64,000 bases of DNA from an uncultured Acidobacteriota bacterium. GTDB lineage: Bacteria; Acidobacteriota; Thermoanaerobaculia; UBA5066; Gp7-AA6. How positions within the stretch are numbered: the stretch's first letter is position 1; each line of letters begins with the position of its first letter. This document shows positions 58,779 to 64,000 of this stretch, piece after piece. Made by a program: the position numbers and the translations under genes. The notes beneath the pieces were generated by a model. That model worked only from the letters and a program-made list of their open reading frames with translations. It did no database searches and had not been told where the DNA came from. The stretch spans positions 14,401 through 78,400 of the forward strand of contig CAWJKC010000007.1 of the NCBI GenBank assembly GCA_963843325.1, read 5' to 3'.

Positions 58779-61091
58779 ATGCCCTCCGACGCGTCCACAG
58801 GACGCAACACCATCGATTTCCAGCGTTCCCCGACCCCGCCCCCGCGGGACGCCGAGCCTGGCGCACTCCGCGTCCGGCCGCTGTTCTGGGCGGTGGCCTA
58901 CGTCCTGGTCACGACGGCCTCCTTCTCGCCCACGCTGTCGTTTCGCGACACGCCCGCGGCCGCCGGCATGGTCGCGACGCACGACGTCGTCGCCCCGCGC
59001 GACCTGATCGTCCCGGATCCCGACGCCACGGCGCGGCGCCGGGCCGAGGCCGCCGCCGAGGTCCTGCCCGTGTACGACGCCGACGGACAGGCGCCCGTCC
59101 GCTTCGAACAGCAGCTGCGCGACTCCTTCGACCGCGCCCGTGCGGTGGCGGCGCAGACGCGGCCGAAGGGCCGGGTGACCCCGGAGCTCTCCGACGCCTT
59201 CGGGCTGCCGATCGGCGACGAGGCGCTCGCCGCGCTCGCGCGGCAGGGGTTCTCCAAGGAGCTCGAGGACCGGTTCGCCGTGATCGGCCTCGACCTCTAC
59301 CGCGGCGGGGTCGTGGACCATCGCGACCTGCCGCCGGAGGCGCGCAGCCGCGGGTTCGTCGCGCACGACACCTCGTCGGGCCGGGATTCGAAGCGGCGCG
59401 ACGCGGGCGCGACCGAGTACGGCAACGAGACGCGCACGGCGGTCACGGCGCGCCTGGCGGAGGGGCCCTTCACGCCCCGCGAGCGCGCCGAGGTGGCCGC
59501 GTTCCTGGCGGCGACGCTGCGCCCGAGCATTTCCTACGACGCGGCCTTGACGGGCGAGCGGCGGGCCGCGGCCACGCGCTCGGTCGAGAGCGTCTTCACC
59601 AGGATTCCGCGCGGGAAAGTGATCGTGCGGCGCGGCGACGAGATCACCGCGCGCTCGGCCCAGTGGATCGCGGCGGTGCGGGCCTCCGCGTCCGATCCGT
59701 CCTCGTGGGTCAAGGTCACGGGCGTTCTCCTCCTCCAGATCCTGGCCGCGGCCGCCTTCTGGCTGGACGCGCGCCGGCAGCGCCGCCGCAAGCGCGAACG
59801 CTCGTCGGGCGTCGTCTTCGGCACGGTCCTCGCGACCGGGATCCTCTTTGCCGTCGTCATCCGCGCGGGCTTCGTTCTGGCGCAGGCCCTCTCGCCGAGC
59901 CTGGAGGGCGCGTCGGGCGCCGTGAACTTCGCGATCCCGTTCGCGGCGGGCCCGATCGTCGTCAGCCTGGTGGCGGGCATGGGGCCGGCGCTGCTCGTCG
60001 CCCTGGTGTTCGCGATCGGCGCGGGCGTGCTGATGGGGCTCTCGTTCCCCTTCGCGCTCTTCGCGGTCGTCGGGTCGCTGGCCGGGATCTACGGCGTCGG
60101 CAAGGTCCGGTCGCGCAGCGTGCTGCTGTCCATGGGCGGCGTCGTGGCGGCGGGCAACCTCGTGGCGATCGTCGCGATCCACTTCCTGAACGCCGGCCCA
60201 TGGGGCTGGGACTTTCTGTACGACGCGCTGGCCGGGGCGGTGGGCGGGCTGACCGTGTCGATGGTCGTCGCGCTGTTCCTGCCGCTGTTCGAGCACGCCT
60301 TCTCGGTGGTGACGGACATCCGCCTGCTGGAGCTCTCGAACCAGAACCTGCCGCTGCTGCGCACGCTCGCGCTCGAGGCGCCCGGCTCCTACCAGCACTC
60401 GCTGATGCTCGGGCACCTGGCCGAGGCGGCGGCGGAGGCGATCGGCGCCGACGCGCTGCTCGCGCGGGTGTCGGGCTACTACCACGACATCGGCAAGACG
60501 AAGATGCCCGACTACTTCATCGAGAACCAGCCGAAGGGCTTCAACCGCCACGACCGCCTCGAGCCCTCGATGAGCGCGCTCATCATCGCCGCGCACGTCA
60601 AGGAAGGCGTCGAGATGGCGCGCAAGGCGCGGTTGCCCGAGCCGATCGCCACGGCGATCCGCGAGCACCACGGCACCAAGCTGATCCGGTACTTCTACCA
60701 GAAGGCGGTGACCCGGGCCGAAGGCGGGCCCGAGGCCGTTCAGGAAACCGACTACCGCTATCCCGGGCCCAAGCCCTCGACGCGCATCCTCGGCATCCTC
60801 ATGATCGCCGACGCCGTGGAGGCCGCCTCCCGCACGCTCGTCGAGCCGACGCCGGCCAAGATCCGCGCGATGATCCAGGTGATCGTCGACGACTGCCTGC
60901 GCGACGGCCAGTTCGACGACTGCGACCTGACCATGCGGGACCTGGCGATCATCGTGACGACGCTCGAGCGCACCGTCACGACCGTCTTCCACCACCGGAT
61001 CGACTACCCGGGCTTCGACTTCAACCGCGAGCGCACGCGGCGGCGGACGACCGAGACGGGCGCCGAGGCCGCGGGACCGAGGGCGGTGTGA
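58779..61091 (+). CDS. 7TM receptor with intracellular HD hydrolase domain (PgpH/YqfF-like)
   Basis: Intact 770-aa ORF. It has an extracellular N-terminal domain, seven TM helices and an HD domain (HSLMLGHLAEAAA..YYHDIGKT..HHG). Confidence 0.9.
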   Translation: MPSDASTGRNTIDFQRSPTPPPRDAEPGALRVRPLFWAVAYVLVTTASFSPTLSFRDTPAAAGMVATHDVVAPRDLIVPDPDATARRRAEAAAEVLPVYDADGQAPVRFEQQLRDSFDRARAVAAQTRPKGRVTPELSDAFGLPIGDEALAALARQGFSKELEDRFAVIGLDLYRGGVVDHRDLPPEARSRGFVAHDTSSGRDSKRRDAGATEYGNETRTAVTARLAEGPFTPRERAEVAAFLAATLRPSISYDAALTGERRAAATRSVESVFTRIPRGKVIVRRGDEITARSAQWIAAVRASASDPSSWVKVTGVLLLQILAAAAFWLDARRQRRRKRERSSGVVFGTVLATGILFAVVIRAGFVLAQALSPSLEGASGAVNFAIPFAAGPIVVSLVAGMGPALLVALVFAIGAGVLMGLSFPFALFAVVGSLAGIYGVGKVRSRSVLLSMGGVVAAGNLVAIVAIHFLNAGPWGWDFLYDALAGAVGGLTVSMVVALFLPLFEHAFSVVTDIRLLELSNQNLPLLRTLALEAPGSYQHSLMLGHLAEAAAEAIGADALLARVSGYYHDIGKTKMPDYFIENQPKGFNRHDRLEPSMSALIIAAHVKEGVEMARKARLPEPIATAIREHHGTKLIRYFYQKAVTRAEGGPEAVQETDYRYPGPKPSTRILGILMIADAVEAASRTLVEPTPAKIRAMIQVIVDDCLRDGQFDDCDLTMRDLAIIVTTLERTVTTVFHHRIDYPGFDFNRERTRRRTTETGAEAAGPRAV

Positions 61092-61519
61092 CGATGCGCG
61101 TGGACGTCCAGGGGCGCGTGGCCGGCGCGCCCTCGCCGGCGCGAGTGCGGAGCATCCTCTCGCGCGCCGCCCGGGCCGCGCGTTCGCGCGCCGGGGAGGT
61201 CTCGGTGCTCTTCTGCGCCGACGCCCGCATGCGCACGTTGAATCGCCGCTATCGCGGCAAGGACCGCTCGACCGACGTCCTGGCGTTCCCGGCCGGGCCG
61301 GCATCGCCGGGGTTCCTGGGGGACATCGTCGTCTCCGTGCCCTACGCGGGGCGGGAGGCGCGGCGGCGCTCCGAGCCGCCCGCGCGCGAGGTGGACCGGC
61401 TGCTCGTGCACGGCTTCCTGCACCTGATGGGCTACGACCACGAGACCGACGACGGACAGATGGAGGCCCTCGAGGGCCGCGTGCGGCGGCGCCTCGGCAT
61501 CGCGGAGCGGGCGCGATGA
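61088..61519 (+). CDS. ybeY: rRNA maturation endoribonuclease YbeY
   Basis: DVLAFP and the zinc motif HGFLHLMGYDH are present. GTG 61088 overlaps the preceding stop. ATG 61094 is an alternative start. Confidence 0.9.
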   Translation: MTMRVDVQGRVAGAPSPARVRSILSRAARAARSRAGEVSVLFCADARMRTLNRRYRGKDRSTDVLAFPAGPASPGFLGDIVVSVPYAGREARRRSEPPAREVDRLLVHGFLHLMGYDHETDDGQMEALEGRVRRRLGIAERAR

Positions 61520-62782
61520 TCTCGATCCTCTCGGCCGGTTTCTGCTACGCGGCCTTCCTGCTCTTCGAGACCTTCGCCCTCGCGCTCGACCGGCTGTCGC
61601 CGATCAAGGTCCGCGGCCTGCTCGAGGAGCATCCGGAGCGGGCGCGCATCCTCTCGGGAGCGGGCGAGGTCGAGATCGTGCGCACGACGACGAAGGTCGT
61701 GGTCCAGGCGCTGCTGCTGGCCGGCCTGCTGACGACCGTGTCGGCCCTCGAGGCGTACGACGTGCCGAGGCCCTGGCTGATCGGCGGGATCTGCTTCGTG
61801 GTCGGCTGGATGTTCACGGAGATCGGCTTGCTCAAGCGCGATGCCAACCGCGATCCCGAACGGATCGTCGCGCGCCTGCTGCCCCTGATCACGGCGGCGT
61901 CCTGGCTGCTGCTGCCCGTGGCGTTCCTGATCCGCCGCATCTTCGCCGCGCGCGCCCCGGGGCCGGAGAAGCCGGCCGAGGCGACCGAGCAGGAAGTGCG
62001 CGCCTACATCGACGTCGGGACGCCAGGAGGGCATCCTCGAGAAGGAAGAGGAAAAGCTCCTGATGTCGATCGTCGACTTCGGCGACACGCGCGTGCGCGA
62101 GGTCATGACGCCGCGCACGGACGTCGCGTGGATCGACGTGGCGTCGTCGCTGACGCTGCTGTTCGACCTGTTCGTCGAATCCAAGTACTCCCGGATCCCG
62201 GTCGTGCGCGGCTCGATCGACACGGTCGTCGGCGTGGTCCACGTCAAGGACGCGCTGCAGGCGATCCGCTCCGGCGCCAACCGCTCGATCGCGGACCTGA
62301 TGCGCGACGCCTACTTCGTGCCCGAGACGAAGAAGGTCTCGGAGCTGCTGCGCGAGTTCCAGCGGCGCCATCTCTGGATGGCGATCGTCGTGGACGAGTA
62401 CGGCGGCGTGTCCGGCCTCGTCACGGTCGAAGACCTGCTCGAGGAGATCGTGGGCGACCTTTCCGACGAGCACGAGGACGAGCGCGAGCCGGTGTCCAAG
62501 GCGGGCGAGAGCGCCTACTCCGTTTCCGGCAAGGCGAACATCGAGGTCGTGCGCGACCTCTTCGGCCGCGGCCCGGAGGAGGAGGAGTTCACGACCCTCG
62601 GCGGCTTCCTGACGAGCCGGCTCGGCCACATCCCGAAACCGGGCGAGGCCTACAAGGAATCCGGGCTGCGGTTCACGGTCGAAGAAGCGGACCGGCGCCG
62701 CGTCCATCGCGTGAAGATCGAGCCGACGGCGCCGGTGGCCGGCCCCGAGGCCCGCGTCCCGACCGAAACCCGCAACTCGTGA
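61516..62782 (+). CDS. DUF21/CBS-pair/CorC_HlyC membrane protein (CorC/TlyC family), one frame break
   Basis: The N-terminal DUF21 TM region is followed by the junction [16 protein letters not shown] near 62020. A CBS pair ([11 protein letters not shown]..) and a CorC_HlyC tail follow. Confidence 0.9.
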
Positions 62783-63669
62783 AGGTCGGCGAAGTCGCCG
62801 TCGTGGGCCGGCCCAACGCGGGCAAGTCCACTCTGGTCAACGCGCTGGTCGGGGAAAAGGTCGCGATCGTCTCGGACAAGCCGCAGACCACGCGCAAGCG
62901 CATCCTCGGGGTGGCCCGGCGTCCGGACTGCGAGATCGCGCTCGTGGACACGCCCGGGATCCATCGGCCGAAGTACAAGATGAACGCGGTCATGGTCCGC
63001 GAGGCGACCGACGCCCTGTCGACGGCCGACGCGATCCTCTTCGTCGTCGACGCCGCCGACGAGCGCGGTCCGGGCGAGGCGTTCATCCTCGAGCTCGTCG
63101 CGCGGGCCGGCACGCCGGCGATCCTCGCGGTGAACAAGATCGACCTGCTCAAGAAGGACCGTCTGCTGCCGCTGCTCTCCGAGCTCGCGGCGCTCCACGA
63201 GTTCCGGGACATCGTGCCGATCTCGGCGAAGACCGGCGAGAGCGTGGAGCGGCTGCTCGAGGTTCTCGCGAAGAACCTCCCGGACGGCGACGCGGCCTAC
63301 CCGGACGACTTCCTCACGGCGACGCCGGAATCCGAGTGGATCGGCGAGGTCATCCGCGAGAAGCTCCTCGAGCGCACGCGCGACGAGCTGCCCTTCGCGC
63401 ACGCGGTCCTGATCGAGGCGGTCCGCGAGGGGGAGGGCAAGGACATCACGGTCGTCACCGCCTCCATCGTCGTCGAGCGCGAGGGCCAGAAGGGCATCAT
63501 CGTCGGCAAGGGCGGGACCATGATCCGCGACATCGGCAAGGCGGCCCGGGAGGAGCTCGAGCGCGAGCTCGGCCGCCGGTTCTTCCTGGAGCTGACCGTC
63601 CGCGTGAAGCCGGACTGGCGCAACGACGAGCGGTTCCTCTCGCAGCTGCGAGGCGCCCCGGAAATTTAG
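62779..63669 (+). CDS. era: GTPase Era
   Basis: GTG 62779 overlaps the preceding stop. Matches include GRPNAGKSTL, DTPG and NKID. The KH domain is VVEREGQKGIIVGKGGTMIRDIG. The frame is intact. Confidence 0.95.
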   Translation: MKVGEVAVVGRPNAGKSTLVNALVGEKVAIVSDKPQTTRKRILGVARRPDCEIALVDTPGIHRPKYKMNAVMVREATDALSTADAILFVVDAADERGPGEAFILELVARAGTPAILAVNKIDLLKKDRLLPLLSELAALHEFRDIVPISAKTGESVERLLEVLAKNLPDGDAAYPDDFLTATPESEWIGEVIREKLLERTRDELPFAHAVLIEAVREGEGKDITVVTASIVVEREGQKGIIVGKGGTMIRDIGKAAREELERELGRRFFLELTVRVKPDWRNDERFLSQLRGAPEI

Positions 63670-63725
63670 CCGCCCCCGCGGGCCGCAGGGGCAGGGCTTG
63701 TCCCCGCCGGTGTGATCGAGCGGCC

Positions 63726-64000
63726 CTACGAGTTTCGGACCGACTGCCGCAGCCTCTCCGCCAGGTCGTGGAGCGACTCCGACAGCGATTCCCGCAGCCG
63801 CTGCATCTCCGCGAAGAGGTGGGACTCCGACTCGTGCCGCCGGACGCGCTCCTCGAGCAGCGGCGCGATCTGGGAGCGGATGTCCTCGGCTTCGCGGCGG
63901 CCCTGCTGGGTCTTCTCGTCGAACGTCGACTCGAGCTCGTGGTGCTGGCGCAGCGCGGCCTCGACCTGATCCTCGAGCCGGGGCAGGCGGTCGGTCAGGC
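63726..64000 (-). CDS. Hypothetical coiled-coil protein, C-terminal part (5' end lies outside the window)
   Basis: The minus-strand frame is open to the window edge and ends TAG (plus strand cta 63726-63728). It reads ..LEDQVEAALRQHHELESTFDEKTQQGRREAEDIRSQIAPLLEERVRRHESESHLFAEMQRLRESLSESLHDLAERLRQSVRNS. Its third-position G/C is better than that of the plus-strand ORF 63712-63969. Confidence 0.4.
   Translation of the reverse strand, partial: LTDRLPRLEDQVEAALRQHHELESTFDEKTQQGRREAEDIRSQIAPLLEERVRRHESESHLFAEMQRLRESLSESLHDLAERLRQSVRNS

Noticed and set aside
63712-63969. Plus-strand 85-aa ORF at the right edge of the window.
   Set aside because: Its composition is Ser/Arg/Cys/Trp-rich. The opposite strand gives an open, coiled-coil-like frame with coding-type third-position G/C that ends at 63726.

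Overview
The window is a high-G+C bacterial chromosomal segment, roughly 70% G+C by eye. I found no rRNA, tRNA, CRISPR array, transposase or integrase. The domain architectures look like an Acidobacteriota-like soil or sediment bacterium, but that is inference only.

Gene content, left to right:
- Complex I genes nuoC-D-H-I-J-K-L-M-N, with no nuoEFG between D and H.
- A partial ATP-synthase Fo cluster: atpZ-like, atpI-like, atpB, atpE.
- An ECF sigma factor with a zf-HC2 anti-sigma factor.
- GHMP kinase, methyltransferase and a YfhO-like protein.
- On the minus strand, argS, a cupin, and a ferredoxin/MBL hydrolase.
- An SRPBCC protein, a DnaC-like ATPase, and a SpoIID/SPOR lipoprotein.
- Acyl-CoA dehydrogenase, MeaB, methylmalonyl-CoA epimerase and a small ORF.
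- Two GT-C membrane glycosyltransferases flanking a lipoprotein.
- aroF, carA and a LolC/E permease.
- Three tandem paralogous Ser/Thr kinases (TM, TolB-like domain, TPR) on the minus strand.
- carB, an O-antigen-ligase-like protein and an M23 peptidase.
- A RES-Xre toxin-antitoxin pair.
- aroC.
- A Spy/CpxP-like protein, ECF sigma and anti-sigma operon.
- A UvrD-like helicase, an FHA protein, a CDO-like cupin and an IPMDH/tartrate-DH family enzyme.
- The conserved phoH, 7TM-HD, ybeY, corC, era operon.

Main second-look items:
1. A two-copy, roughly 135-nt intergenic element (12538-12671 and 23681-23816, opposite orientations). One helix differs at four positions, and every change is compensated in the other arm.
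2. About 70 reading-frame breaks by manual tracing. They sit in about 27 genes, while about 24 kb of other genes is untouched. Nearly all are +1 phase shifts.
3. A tandem kinase triplication with a near-identical internal tract. The array separates carA from carB.
4. A RES-Xre module with a duplicated perfect 12-bp palindromic operator.
5. A 24-nt direct repeat that brackets the ferredoxin/MBL gene.

All coordinates of merged, frame-broken genes are my own reconstruction from the ORF track and the sequence.
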